Below, one piece after another: positions 18,894 through 28,209 of a DNA stretch of 45,714 nt. This DNA is from Spirosoma fluviale. Lineage in GTDB: Bacteria; Bacteroidota; Bacteroidia; Cytophagales; Spirosomataceae. The notes under the pieces were generated by a model. That model saw only the letters and a list, made by a program, of their open reading frames with translations. It had not been told where the DNA came from and did no database searches. Location: positions 1 through 45,714 of the forward strand of contig CAMDSI010000001.1 in assembly GCA_945906915.1 (NCBI GenBank), given 5' to 3'. Each line of letters starts with the position of its first letter. Position 1 is the first letter of the stretch. Both the position numbers and the translations under genes were made by a program.

Positions 18894-18928
18894 CTTATAT
18901 CTTCTCTATTATCTCTACTCTCTTATCT
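18894..18928 (-). repeat. Degenerate heptamer tandem tract
   Basis: The minus strand reads AGATAAG AGAGTAG AGATAAT AGAGAAG ATATAAG, starting in the last codons of the DUF3050 gene. Confidence 0.6.
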
Positions 18929-19687
18929 ATTGTGGACAATCCCATCCCATAACCTCAATCTAACCTGTAAAGATTCAATCGCTGCCTGAGTAGCCTTTTC
19001 CCATTTGGCCTCATCAGAACCGCATAAATGTTCCATCATACGAAAAGCTAATTCACTGTGGTGACCGCCATCTACTTCGATATGACGTTCTAAATAATAA
19101 ACTAAGGTTTCCACTTTAAGGGGATTCTCTGTTTTCAATTGATCTACAATAACCTGAAACATAGCAGGAATAATATCTTCTCTCCCAAAAGTAAAAATAG
19201 CCGCAATTTCTTCTATGCTTCTATTTTGAATGGCGGAGAAAGTAAAGGTCAAAAAATGCTTAACCGAATCAGGAATATTGGCTTCAGGAATCGCTAACAA
19301 TAATTCCTCTAGATTCTCAAAGGATCGAAGTTCGTGTAAGAAAGGAGAGGGCATAATCGACAATTCTTCCATAGAGCGTAAATAAAGCTCAAAATGGCTA
19401 ATGTAAACTCCATTTTGGTCCACATCTGATTCTTCCCCTAAAACAATCTCGTTAATCAGATAACGAATCTCTGCTGTTCCTTTCGGATTCCAAGGCACAT
19501 CTACAGAAGTTAATTCCTGCTGCATTTTCTTGACTAAAGACATAAAATCCCACACCGCAAATATATGGTGCTTCATAAAGACCTCTAATTCCGACGTACT
19601 TTGGATATACGAATTGATTGGATGATGCACTAATGCATCACGTAATGGGGCAATTTGTTCTTTTAGGCGGTTGATCTGATTACTCAT
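18923..19687 (-). CDS. DUF3050 family heme-oxygenase-like (probable diiron) protein
   Basis: FMKHHIFAVWDFMSL, INEIVLGEESD, SHFELY, FGRED and LERHIEVDGGHH motifs. Confidence 0.82.
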   Translation of the reverse strand: MSNQINRLKEQIAPLRDALVHHPINSYIQSTSELEVFMKHHIFAVWDFMSLVKKMQQELTSVDVPWNPKGTAEIRYLINEIVLGEESDVDQNGVYISHFELYLRSMEELSIMPSPFLHELRSFENLEELLLAIPEANIPDSVKHFLTFTFSAIQNRSIEEIAAIFTFGREDIIPAMFQVIVDQLKTENPLKVETLVYYLERHIEVDGGHHSELAFRMMEHLCGSDEAKWEKATQAAIESLQVRLRLWDGIVHNR

Positions 19688-19688
19688 G

Positions 19689-20657
19689 TTATTCGTGAAT
19701 GGCGCGATTGCGTAAACTTAATCGCTGACCATTTCTGTTATTTTTAGTTGATAAAATTTCTGATATAATGGAGATGGCAATCTCTTCTGGCCCTTCGGCC
19801 CCTAAATCTAAACCGATGGGGGTAGAAATAGGTAATAGGGTAACTAAATCTTCCTTGAAATAGTTTTGAAGCTTTTCAAATCTTTTCTTAGGTCCTAGTA
19901 TTCCCACATAGGCTGGTTTAATAGGAGCGAGGAGTAATTTTTCTAGAATCTTCACATCTTTTTCTAGATCATGTGTCATCATCACGAGGTAATCAGTGGA
20001 TTGAATAGGCCAAAGTTCCTGAAACCCAAATCGGCCGTGCACACGCAAATCAGTTGACATCTTAGCTAAAATACCAACCCAATTGACTCTCCAGGCTAAA
20101 GCATTCGCTTGCTGAATAAATCCCTGAGCATCAAATTGATTGCCAAAAACCCATACCGTCATAGGAGCAGGTAAATATTCTGTAAATAATTCATTCTCCC
20201 AACTACATCCATGTGAATCATCTGCATCATTCATCGTTATTTGAAAGGCATTACTGTAAGAAATCGCTAAAGTATGCGCCACATTTCCAGCCAAATGCTT
20301 TTCTAAAGTAGAAACTAGCTCGTTAATTTGATCCTGAAATGGATTAATGAATATCTCTATCACACCTTGACATCCCAAGCCGATCCCTAAAGCAAAAGGA
20401 TCTTCCTCTCGCGTATCATAGGTAATTGATTTATAGGATTGTGAAAACAAGGCTAACTGTGCTTTTTTTAAAATATCCCCTTCTAAACAGCCTCCAGAAA
20501 TTCCTCCCCACCAATTCCCATCTTCCGCTATAAGCATTCTAGCACCTGGGCGACGATAAGCACTTCCGTCCACCCGAACTACAGTAGCTAATACGAATTT
20601 TAAACCCGCCTGTTGTAGCTCTTTCACTTGCTGAATGACAAGAATTAATTCTTTCAT
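19689..20657 (-). CDS. XdhC/CoxI family molybdenum-cofactor maturation factor
   Basis: GSAYRRPGARM, ISGGCLE, GLGCQG, MTHD, GILGPKKR and PIGLDLGAEGPEEIAISI motifs. Confidence 0.9.
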   Translation of the reverse strand: MKELILVIQQVKELQQAGLKFVLATVVRVDGSAYRRPGARMLIAEDGNWWGGISGGCLEGDILKKAQLALFSQSYKSITYDTREEDPFALGIGLGCQGVIEIFINPFQDQINELVSTLEKHLAGNVAHTLAISYSNAFQITMNDADDSHGCSWENELFTEYLPAPMTVWVFGNQFDAQGFIQQANALAWRVNWVGILAKMSTDLRVHGRFGFQELWPIQSTDYLVMMTHDLEKDVKILEKLLLAPIKPAYVGILGPKKRFEKLQNYFKEDLVTLLPISTPIGLDLGAEGPEEIAISIISEILSTKNNRNGQRLSLRNRAIHE

Positions 20658-21739
20658 AGGAACTTAGGTAAATTTTGGACTAAAATAGCACAAACCTTTT
20701 CTATGTCTTGTTCTGATGTAAAATAACCTAAACTAAAACGAGCACTTGCCAAGGCATCTTCATCAGAATGTCCTAAATTCTTCAAAACATGCGAGGGTAA
20801 TTCGGTTTTTGCATTACAAGCAGAACCATTAGAAAAAGCCAATCCATTTAGTTCTTGAAACATTTTTTCCCAGTCAGCACCTTTCAAGGTGAAATTAAGA
20901 ATGGATGGAACAGAATTCATGGGAGAATTGATGCTAATGGTAGGTAATATAGACAGGAACCTATTTTTCGAGTCCTGATAAAATGACCCTTTTGATAACC
21001 ATTGGGGAATTAACTCAACCGACTTCGCTAGACCCACCATCAAAGGCACAGGAAGCGTTCCAGGCCGAAGACCACGTTCTTGGCCACCGCCAAAACTAAT
21101 GGCTTGTAAAGGCTTTCTATGAATTAAAGCTCCAATGCCTTTAGGGCCATATAACTTATGTCCACTGAAACTAAGTAGGTGAGGCAAAGAAGAAAAATCA
21201 AGATCAAGCTTTCCTAAGGCTTGGGTAGCATCTGAGTGAAAACAAATACCACGTTCCTCACATAATTCTACTACTTCCCGATAAGGAAGAATGCTGCCTA
21301 ATTCATTATTAACTAGCATCAGAGAAACTAATACAGTAGTCGGTCTAATAATATCCCTTAACTCTGCAACGTCTAATAAATAAGTAACGTCCCAACCTTC
21401 TTTCTCTAAAGCATGAAAAACTTCTAAGACAGCCTTATGTTCCAAAGCACTAGTTATTAGATGTCCCTTCGGCTTATCCATTAAATAACCACGAATAGCT
21501 AAATTAATTGATTCCGTTGCACCGGATGTAAAAACAACTTCTGCGGGTTTGACTTGGAAATAGTTTGCCACGGTTGCCCGAGATTGCTCTACCGCTTCTG
21601 CAGCTCTCCAGCCATACAAATGCGCAGATGATCCAGCATTCCCAAAAACTTCAGTGAAATAGGGAAGCATAGCCGATAACACCTCCGGATGAACCGGAGT
21701 CGTTGCTGCATAATCAAGGTAAATCGGCTGATTCATCAT
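20654..21739 (-). CDS. Group I cysteine desulfurase (NifS/IscS-like)
   Basis: YLDYAATTP, FTSGATES, SGHKLYGPKG and SNGSAC (catalytic Cys). Lacks the IscS C-terminal extension. Confidence 0.9.
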   Translation of the reverse strand: MMNQPIYLDYAATTPVHPEVLSAMLPYFTEVFGNAGSSAHLYGWRAAEAVEQSRATVANYFQVKPAEVVFTSGATESINLAIRGYLMDKPKGHLITSALEHKAVLEVFHALEKEGWDVTYLLDVAELRDIIRPTTVLVSLMLVNNELGSILPYREVVELCEERGICFHSDATQALGKLDLDFSSLPHLLSFSGHKLYGPKGIGALIHRKPLQAISFGGGQERGLRPGTLPVPLMVGLAKSVELIPQWLSKGSFYQDSKNRFLSILPTISINSPMNSVPSILNFTLKGADWEKMFQELNGLAFSNGSACNAKTELPSHVLKNLGHSDEDALASARFSLGYFTSEQDIEKVCAILVQNLPKFL

Positions 21740-21743
21740 TAGA

Positions 21744-21751
21744 CAAATATA
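21744..21751 (-). promoter_or_regulatory. sigmaA -7 element, probably giving a leaderless desulfurase mRNA
   Basis: TATATTTG-TCTA-ATG on the minus strand. Confidence 0.5.
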
Positions 21752-21756
21752 GGCAT

Positions 21757-21785
21757 AAAAAAAAAGCCCCGAAAAATTCGAGGCT
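21757..21785 (-). terminator. Intrinsic terminator after rplT
   Basis: AGCCTCGAA-TTT-TTCGGGGCT followed by a T run on the minus strand. Confidence 0.85.
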
Positions 21786-21806
21786 CTCTTTCTATTGAAA
21801 AATGAA

Positions 21807-22151
21807 TTACTTCAATTTCTCCAAAACTGCTTTGAAAGCTTCTGGGTGATTCATCGCTAAGTCAGCTAAAACCTTACGATTAAAAGTCATTCCAGATTTA
21901 TTGAATTTACCCATGAACGCTGAGTAAGAAAGACCTTCTTGACGAGCCGCTGCATTGATACGTAGTATCCATAAACCACGAAAATCTCTTTTCTTAACTT
22001 TACGGTCACGGTAAGCATATTGCAAACCTTTCTCTACTTTGTTTTTCGCTACTGTCCAGACATTTTTTCCGCGACCGTAGAATCCTTTCGCTAACTTAAG
22101 GATTTTCTTTCTTCTAGCTCTTGAGGCTACGTGATTGACACTTCTTGGCAT
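21807..22151 (-). CDS. rplT: 50S ribosomal protein L20
   Basis: MPRS...LKLAKG...YAYRDRK...LWILRINAA; position in the operon. Confidence 0.98.
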   Translation of the reverse strand: MPRSVNHVASRARRKKILKLAKGFYGRGKNVWTVAKNKVEKGLQYAYRDRKVKKRDFRGLWILRINAAARQEGLSYSAFMGKFNKSGMTFNRKVLADLAMNHPEAFKAVLEKLK

Positions 22152-22166
22152 AATTTTTTGTTTTTT

Positions 22167-22209
22167 GAAATGAGGCGAATCTCTCGATTACTTATTTAAG
22201 CCTTCTTTC
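22167..22209 (-). ncRNA. Candidate cis-regulatory RNA (L20 leader-like) between rpmI and rplT
   Basis: GAAA-GA-AGGC ... GCCU-CA-UUUC outer stem with an inner AAUC-GAGA-GAUU GNRA hairpin. Confidence 0.45.
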
Positions 22210-22235
22210 TGGTTTAACAATAACTAAAATACTAA

Positions 22236-22430
22236 TTAAAGACCTAACATTAATTTAACGCGGTCCATATCAGTAGGGTGAACTAAAGTAGCGTGAACTA
22301 AATTACGCTTTTGTTTAGTTGTTTTCTTTGTTAGGATATGGCTATGAAATGCGTGTTTACGCTTAATCTTACCAGTTCCTGTTACTTTGAAACGTTTTTT
22401 CGCTCCAGAGTTAGTTTTAATTTTTGGCAT
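22236..22430 (-). CDS. rpmI: 50S ribosomal protein L35
   Basis: [25 protein letters not shown]. Confidence 0.98.
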   Translation of the reverse strand: MPKIKTNSGAKKRFKVTGTGKIKRKHAFHSHILTKKTTKQKRNLVHATLVHPTDMDRVKLMLGL

Positions 22431-22473
22431 TGTTTGATAATTATGTAAAAATTAAATTTTGAAATTTGGAATG

Positions 22474-22481
22474 CAAAAGTA
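22474..22481 (-). promoter_or_regulatory. sigmaA -7 element for rpmI-rplT
   Basis: TACTTTTG on the minus strand in the infC-rpmI gap. Confidence 0.55.
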
Positions 22482-22519
22482 ATGAAAATTACCCTAAAAA
22501 TCCACCATTCATTTGAAAA

Positions 22520-23080
22520 TTATTTCTTGATAGCCTTAGGGGAGAAGATGATGCTCATACGCTTACCTTCTAATTTAGGCATATCGTCTGGCTTACCTAC
22601 GTCTTCTAGGCCTTTAGCAAAGTTCAATAATAACATCTCACCTCGCTCTTTAAACACAATCGTTCTTCCTACAAAGTGTACATAAGCTTTCACTTTTGCT
22701 CCTTCTTTCAAGAAATTAACTGCGTGTTTTAACTTGAAATTGAAATCGTGTTCATCCGTATTAGGACCGAAACGAATTTCTTTAATAACTGTTTTCGTGG
22801 CGTTAGCCTTGATTTCCTTTTGCTTCTTCTTTTGATCATACTTAAATTTCGCATAATCAATAATCTTACAAACAGGAGGTACTGCTTTAGGAGATATCTC
22901 CACTAAATCTAAACTCTGAGCAACAGCAAGTTCTAATGCTTTCTCAAAAGGATATACTCCAATCTCAATATTCTCACCTACTAATCGAACTTCTTCCACA
23001 CCACGTATCAACTGATTAATCCGGTAGGGTTCTTCTTCTCTTCTATTTCCTCTGTAATTGTTATTCGGGCGTAAAGCCAT
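22520..23080 (-). CDS. infC: Translation initiation factor IF-3
   Basis: [27 protein letters not shown] and KEIRFGP motifs; ATG start. Confidence 0.97.
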   Translation of the reverse strand: MALRPNNNYRGNRREEEPYRINQLIRGVEEVRLVGENIEIGVYPFEKALELAVAQSLDLVEISPKAVPPVCKIIDYAKFKYDQKKKQKEIKANATKTVIKEIRFGPNTDEHDFNFKLKHAVNFLKEGAKVKAYVHFVGRTIVFKERGEMLLLNFAKGLEDVGKPDDMPKLEGKRMSIIFSPKAIKK

Positions 23081-23122
23081 AAAATAATATGGGTTTAATA
23101 TGTAATAATTAGAAATCTAAAT

Positions 23123-23130
23123 CAAATATA
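23123..23130 (-). promoter_or_regulatory. sigmaA -7 element for infC
   Basis: TATATTTG on the minus strand in the thrS-infC gap. Confidence 0.5.
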
Positions 23131-23161
23131 GCGCAATTACAAGCAAAAAACGCATAAGCTA

Positions 23162-25102
23162 CTATTTTTCATAGGTTAAGGACTGGATTTCTTCTTGTGC
23201 CATCGCGATGAAAGCATCTAAAGTCATTGATCCTACATCTCCATCACCCTTCTTACGAACGCTGACAATTCCTTCGGCTTGCTCTTTTTCGCCTACTACA
23301 ATCATGAAAGGAACTTTAGCGATTTCTGCATCCCGAATTTTACGACCCATTTTTTCATTTCGGTGATCTACGTAACCTCGTAAATCCTTTTCCTGTAAAC
23401 GCAGATACAATTCATTCGCATAATCTTCGTATTTCTCAGAAATAGGCAGAACTGCGATTTGGTCAGGAGATAACCACAAAGGGAAATTGCCGGCTGTATT
23501 TTCAATTAAAATAGCGACAAAACGCTCCAATGATCCGAATGGAGCCCGGTGAATCATGACAGGACGATGTTTTGCGTTATCTGATCCCGTATATTCTAAT
23601 TCAAAACGCTGAGGTAATTGATAATCTACTTGAATCGTACCTAATTGCCACTTACGACCTAAGGCATCCTTCACCATAAAGTCTAATTTAGGGCCATAGA
23701 AAGCCGCTTCACCATATTCAATTACATAAGGCAAACCCTTTTCTTCTGCAGAACGAATAATAGCTGATTCTGCCCGATCCCAATCTTCATCGTTACCAAT
23801 ATATTTCTCTTTATTTTCTTTATCTCGTAAGGAAACTTGTGCTGAATACGTGTCAAAACCTAAGGCTTTGAAAACATATAATACCAGGTCAATCACCTTC
23901 ATGAATTCATCTTCCACTTGATCGGGTCGACAAAAAATGTGCGCATCGTCTTGAGTAAATCCTCTTACACGAGTTAAACCATGTAATTCACCACTTTGCT
24001 CATATCGGTACACGGTGCCAAATTCAGCTAAACGCAATGGTAAATCCTTGTAGGAGCGGGGCTTTGTCTTATAAATCTCACAGTGGTGTGGGCAATTCAT
24101 AGGCTTCAAAAAGAATTCTTCATTCTCATCTGGCGTACGAATAGGTTGGAAAGAATCCTTACCGTATTTCGCATAGTGACCCGAAGTCACATACAATTCT
24201 TTGCTCGCAATATGTGGAGTAATTACAGGTGAATAGCCAGCACGAACTTGCGCACGACGTAAGAAATTTTCTAAACGCTCGCGCAATAAAGTACCCTTAG
24301 GCAACCATAGAGGAAGACCCATTCCAACTTTTTCCGAGAAGGCAAATAATTCTAATTCCTTACCTAATTTGCGGTGATCGCGACGTTTCGCCTCTTCTAA
24401 TAAGTGCAAATACTCTTCTAATTCTTTTGCTTTAGGGAAAGTAATCGCATAAATACGGGTTAGTTGTTTACGCTTCTCGTCTCCGCGCCAATAAGCACCA
24501 GCGACCGAAAGTAATTTAACCGATTTTATAAATCCTGTATTAGGGATATGAGGCCCTCGGCACAAATCCGTGAAATTACCTTGATTATAGAAAGTGATGG
24601 AGCCATCAGCTAAACCTTCAATTAATTCTATTTTATATTCATCCCCCTTATCTGTAAAATACGAGACTGCATCAGCCTTAGAAATAGAGCTACGTAGGAA
24701 CTCGTTCTTTAAGCGAGCTAATTCCAACATTTTATCTTCAATCACTTTAAAGTCATCAGAACCAAATTCTTGATCACCTAAATCAATATCATAATAAAAC
24801 CCATTTTCAATGGCTGGACCAATTCCGAATTTAGTTCCCGGAAATATAGACTCAATAGCTTCTGCTAATAAGTGTGCAGAGGAATGCCAAAAAGTCTTTT
24901 TACCATCTTCGTCATTCCAGGTTAATAATTGCAATACGGCATCTGCATCAATAGGAGTAGAGGAATCCACTACCTCACCATTTAATTTAGCCGCTAACAC
25001 ATTACGTGCTAAACCTTCAGAAATTTGCAATGCAACTTGATAAGGAGTAATTCCTGTTTCAAATTCTCTAACCTGCCCGTCGGGAAATGTAATTTTGATC
25101 AT
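23162..25102 (-). CDS. thrS: Threonine--tRNA ligase
   Basis: TGS domain MIKITFPDG (start 25102), plus HSSAHLL, DLCRGPH, KPMNCP and IHRA. Confidence 0.98.
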   Translation of the reverse strand: MIKITFPDGQVREFETGITPYQVALQISEGLARNVLAAKLNGEVVDSSTPIDADAVLQLLTWNDEDGKKTFWHSSAHLLAEAIESIFPGTKFGIGPAIENGFYYDIDLGDQEFGSDDFKVIEDKMLELARLKNEFLRSSISKADAVSYFTDKGDEYKIELIEGLADGSITFYNQGNFTDLCRGPHIPNTGFIKSVKLLSVAGAYWRGDEKRKQLTRIYAITFPKAKELEEYLHLLEEAKRRDHRKLGKELELFAFSEKVGMGLPLWLPKGTLLRERLENFLRRAQVRAGYSPVITPHIASKELYVTSGHYAKYGKDSFQPIRTPDENEEFFLKPMNCPHHCEIYKTKPRSYKDLPLRLAEFGTVYRYEQSGELHGLTRVRGFTQDDAHIFCRPDQVEDEFMKVIDLVLYVFKALGFDTYSAQVSLRDKENKEKYIGNDEDWDRAESAIIRSAEEKGLPYVIEYGEAAFYGPKLDFMVKDALGRKWQLGTIQVDYQLPQRFELEYTGSDNAKHRPVMIHRAPFGSLERFVAILIENTAGNFPLWLSPDQIAVLPISEKYEDYANELYLRLQEKDLRGYVDHRNEKMGRKIRDAEIAKVPFMIVVGEKEQAEGIVSVRKKGDGDVGSMTLDAFIAMAQEEIQSLTYEK

Positions 25103-25162
25103 TCTAAAAAAATTTGTGTAAAGGTACAAATTAAGCCGCAAATCAACGAAATGAGGTCCTGA

Positions 25163-26056
25163 TTAATTTTGAGATAAAGAATCAGCGGAAACTGCTAAAG
25201 AATCCGTTAAAGATTCTGAGGACTTAGTAGGCAATAGACCTTGTTTGGCAAGATCAAAATAGACTAATTCTGTTTTAAAAGATTTCGTTTTAGGAAAAAC
25301 TTTTAGCACTTGTTTGTAAACCAAAGCCGCTTGATCATACTTCTTCATTTTAACTAAAAAACGAGCCCAATACCGCAAAAAATAAGGATCCATTGGGTAA
25401 TTCTTTAAACTTGATAAAATCTCTTGCTGATAACGTAAAGAAGGAATAGAGCTAAATCCTTGTTCGTAATACACATAAACAAGTGGTGAATCATCACTGG
25501 GTTTAGAATTCATGAGGGTAAATAAGCGAAGAGAATCAGAAGCACCATAGTCCTTTACTGCCTTCAGTAACGAACGATCAAAAGTAGATAAAAGTGACTC
25601 ATCTATTTTTTTCAGATAGAAACGGCCTAAACTCATTTGTTTTGTTGCTAAATAATTCTGAGCTAATAAAAGTGTGTTTTGACCATTCGTTAAAACAGAT
25701 GTCTCCGTTAATTTAGCGCGGTCTATTGAAGTCGTATAATCTTCTACAAATTGCTTAGTTTTAGCAGAGAGAGCTAAATAGGCTGGTTCCCCCGGATTAT
25801 CCCGCAAGGCATTCTCCATATCTTGATCCGCTAAACCATAAGCATGCAGCGCGAGGTAATTTTTAGCCCTTAAATAATACAGGTTAGCGCTGGGTTGTTC
25901 CTCCATTTGTTTGGTCAAAAACTGAACATTCGTCTCCGCTTTTTGACCTGCCATGATCGCTTGTTGATTCGGAATGTTTTCACCCTTTGAGTCGGGGGAG
26001 CTTTGGCAAGACACAAAAAACACGGCAAACACAAGAAGAAATAATCTTACAACCAT
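25163..26056 (-). CDS. TPR-repeat lipoprotein
   Basis: Lipoprotein signal MVVRLFLLVFAVFFVS-C from ATG 26056; TPR-like segments such as YYLRAKNYL..A. Confidence 0.65.
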   Translation of the reverse strand: MVVRLFLLVFAVFFVSCQSSPDSKGENIPNQQAIMAGQKAETNVQFLTKQMEEQPSANLYYLRAKNYLALHAYGLADQDMENALRDNPGEPAYLALSAKTKQFVEDYTTSIDRAKLTETSVLTNGQNTLLLAQNYLATKQMSLGRFYLKKIDESLLSTFDRSLLKAVKDYGASDSLRLFTLMNSKPSDDSPLVYVYYEQGFSSIPSLRYQQEILSSLKNYPMDPYFLRYWARFLVKMKKYDQAALVYKQVLKVFPKTKSFKTELVYFDLAKQGLLPTKSSESLTDSLAVSADSLSQN

Positions 26057-27441
26057 TTTAAGACAAAATCGATCATCCAACGCACTTTTACACCATAAGG
26101 AGGGTAAAAATTCTTCAATAAATTCGTACGCTGAATAACAACGGATTTTTGATTCGAGAACTCAACAAAACCATAATGTCCTCCTGACTTACCAATTCCA
26201 GAGTGATTAACACCACCAAACGGTAATTCATTATGCCCAAATTGAATCAAACAATCATTCACCACAGAGGTTCCTGAACTAGTGTGATTTAATATGTATT
26301 GATTAAACTCCGTATCCTTTGAAAAAACATATAAGGCTAATGGTTTATCTCCTGAACGAATTTCAGACGTTATCTGAATTTCATCTTGATAGGACATTAC
26401 CGGCAGGATAGGGCCAAATATCTCTTCCTGCATAATTCGCATTTCAGGCGTGCAATTAATCAGTACGGTAGGAGAAATAAAACAATCATCTGTATCCACA
26501 ATACCTCCAAATAACACTTGCGCCCCTTTTTCTTTTGCATCTTCTAGTAAAGAAACAATGCGATCAAAATGACGGCGATTGACGATACGGGCATAGTCTT
26601 TACTTTTTGCGACGTTCTTTCCGTAAAAAGTCTCCACGGTTGCCTCTAAAGCCTTTAGAAAAGAAAAATAATTCTTTTCGTGCAAATAAAGGTAATCAGG
26701 AGCAATACAGGTTTGGCCATTATTCAAAAACTTACCCCAAGCAATTTTCGCCGCCGCTTCTTCTACATTGACGTCAGCACCTACAATCGCAGGAGACTTA
26801 CCCCCTAATTCCAAGGTTACAGAAGTTAAATGCTTCGCTGCCGCTGCCATTACCACTTTACCAATCGCGGGACTACCCGTGAAAAATATATGATCAAATT
26901 TATGTTCTAATAGCGTAGTAGAAACTTCCGCATCACCCTCGAAAACAGCCACTTCACTCTTATCGAATAGGGAAGAAATCATTTTTTGAATAAAAGAGGA
27001 TGTGGCAGGCGTTAATTCGGAAGGCTTTAGAATCACCGCGTTACCTGCCGCAATGGCATGTACTAAAGGGCAAATGGATAAATTGAAAGGGTAATTCCAA
27101 GGCGAAATTATCAAACACAAACCTTTCGCCTCATATTGAACTAGACCTTTTGTTCCTAAAAGCATCAACGGAGTGGAAACAGACGATGGTTTCATCCATG
27201 ACTTCAAATGCTTTACCGTATGTTGAATTTCACGTTTTACACCTAACATCTCTGCAATAACTACCTCAGATGCGGGCTTTTTAAAATCAGTATATAAAGC
27301 ATCGCACAAATCATTTTTATGCTGCATCAAATAAGACTCTATTTTACGTAATTTTTCAATACGTTCCGTCGCACTAGAGGTACTTAGGCGCAATAGAGCC
27401 GTTTTTTGTAAGGAGAGAACTTCTAAAATTTGATTTTCCAT
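26047..27441 (-). CDS. Aldehyde dehydrogenase, class-3/fatty-aldehyde type
   Basis: PWNYP, KPSE, FTGS, LELGGKSP, GQTCIAPD, EEIFGP and LPFGG motifs; ATG at 27441. Confidence 0.92.
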   Translation of the reverse strand: MENQILEVLSLQKTALLRLSTSSATERIEKLRKIESYLMQHKNDLCDALYTDFKKPASEVVIAEMLGVKREIQHTVKHLKSWMKPSSVSTPLMLLGTKGLVQYEAKGLCLIISPWNYPFNLSICPLVHAIAAGNAVILKPSELTPATSSFIQKMISSLFDKSEVAVFEGDAEVSTTLLEHKFDHIFFTGSPAIGKVVMAAAAKHLTSVTLELGGKSPAIVGADVNVEEAAAKIAWGKFLNNGQTCIAPDYLYLHEKNYFSFLKALEATVETFYGKNVAKSKDYARIVNRRHFDRIVSLLEDAKEKGAQVLFGGIVDTDDCFISPTVLINCTPEMRIMQEEIFGPILPVMSYQDEIQITSEIRSGDKPLALYVFSKDTEFNQYILNHTSSGTSVVNDCLIQFGHNELPFGGVNHSGIGKSGGHYGFVEFSNQKSVVIQRTNLLKNFYPPYGVKVRWMIDFVLKWL

Positions 27442-27450
27442 CAAGGTATA

Positions 27451-28209
27451 TTAAAAGATGAATAGTAATTTTTCTTCTAACTCGTCAAAATAATAATTGT
27501 TTCCACTAGGCTTACGCAGGGAATGCCCCGCCACATACCATAAACCATCGCCAGGATAAACGGCTAAACTAGCTGATTTGCAATTCTGATTCGCTTTATC
27601 GGCCTGAAATTCAGCTATAAATACGTGATTCATTAAATCTTGCAATTCATCCCAATTCGTAAATTCTTTCTGTCCGTCTTCACTATCGAGGTAATTAAAG
27701 GACAAGGTAGCAAAGGACATTTCTCCCTCAATCTTCCGCCAATTTCCAGCCCGATCTTTGAATTGAAATCCTAAATACAAAGGTAATTCACGTCCATCTA
27801 TTTCAAACATGGCTTGCATAAACTCTTGAATTACGGTCTCTTGAGCTTCTAAATACAAGGGAACGTTAGGAGTGGTATCATTCGCTTCTAAGGTAATAAA
27901 GGGTTCCTGATCTTTAGGGGAGCAAGATCCTGTCACATATTCTTGAAAATGAGGAAATAGTCGATCCCGCCAAACAAGTGGCAAATCACCTGAAAAAGTC
28001 CAATTATCATCAGGAACTAATCCATCCGCAATTAATTCTTCTCGAGAAAAATCAGAACGATCTATGAATTGTATTTCAATCGCAACGGTGGGTTTATCTG
28101 TATCAAATTGTAAAAAAGTAAAAACAGCTTCTAAATGATAAGGCGCTGGCACATTAATGGGCGACTCATAGAATAACTTAAAAAGCCGGGATAATTTATT
28201 TGGGTTCAT
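27451..28209 (-). CDS. Hypothetical protein
   Basis: 252-aa acidic ORF packed tightly in the operon; no motif recognised. Confidence 0.7.
   Translation of the reverse strand: MNPNKLSRLFKLFYESPINVPAPYHLEAVFTFLQFDTDKPTVAIEIQFIDRSDFSREELIADGLVPDDNWTFSGDLPLVWRDRLFPHFQEYVTGSCSPKDQEPFITLEANDTTPNVPLYLEAQETVIQEFMQAMFEIDGRELPLYLGFQFKDRAGNWRKIEGEMSFATLSFNYLDSEDGQKEFTNWDELQDLMNHVFIAEFQADKANQNCKSASLAVYPGDGLWYVAGHSLRKPSGNNYYFDELEEKLLFIF

Noticed and set aside
26047-27441. Class-3 ALDH as a sphingolipid-breakdown partner of the desaturase
   Set aside because: It is 10 kb away in an unrelated operon, and the family has broad substrates; nothing in the sequence supports the link.
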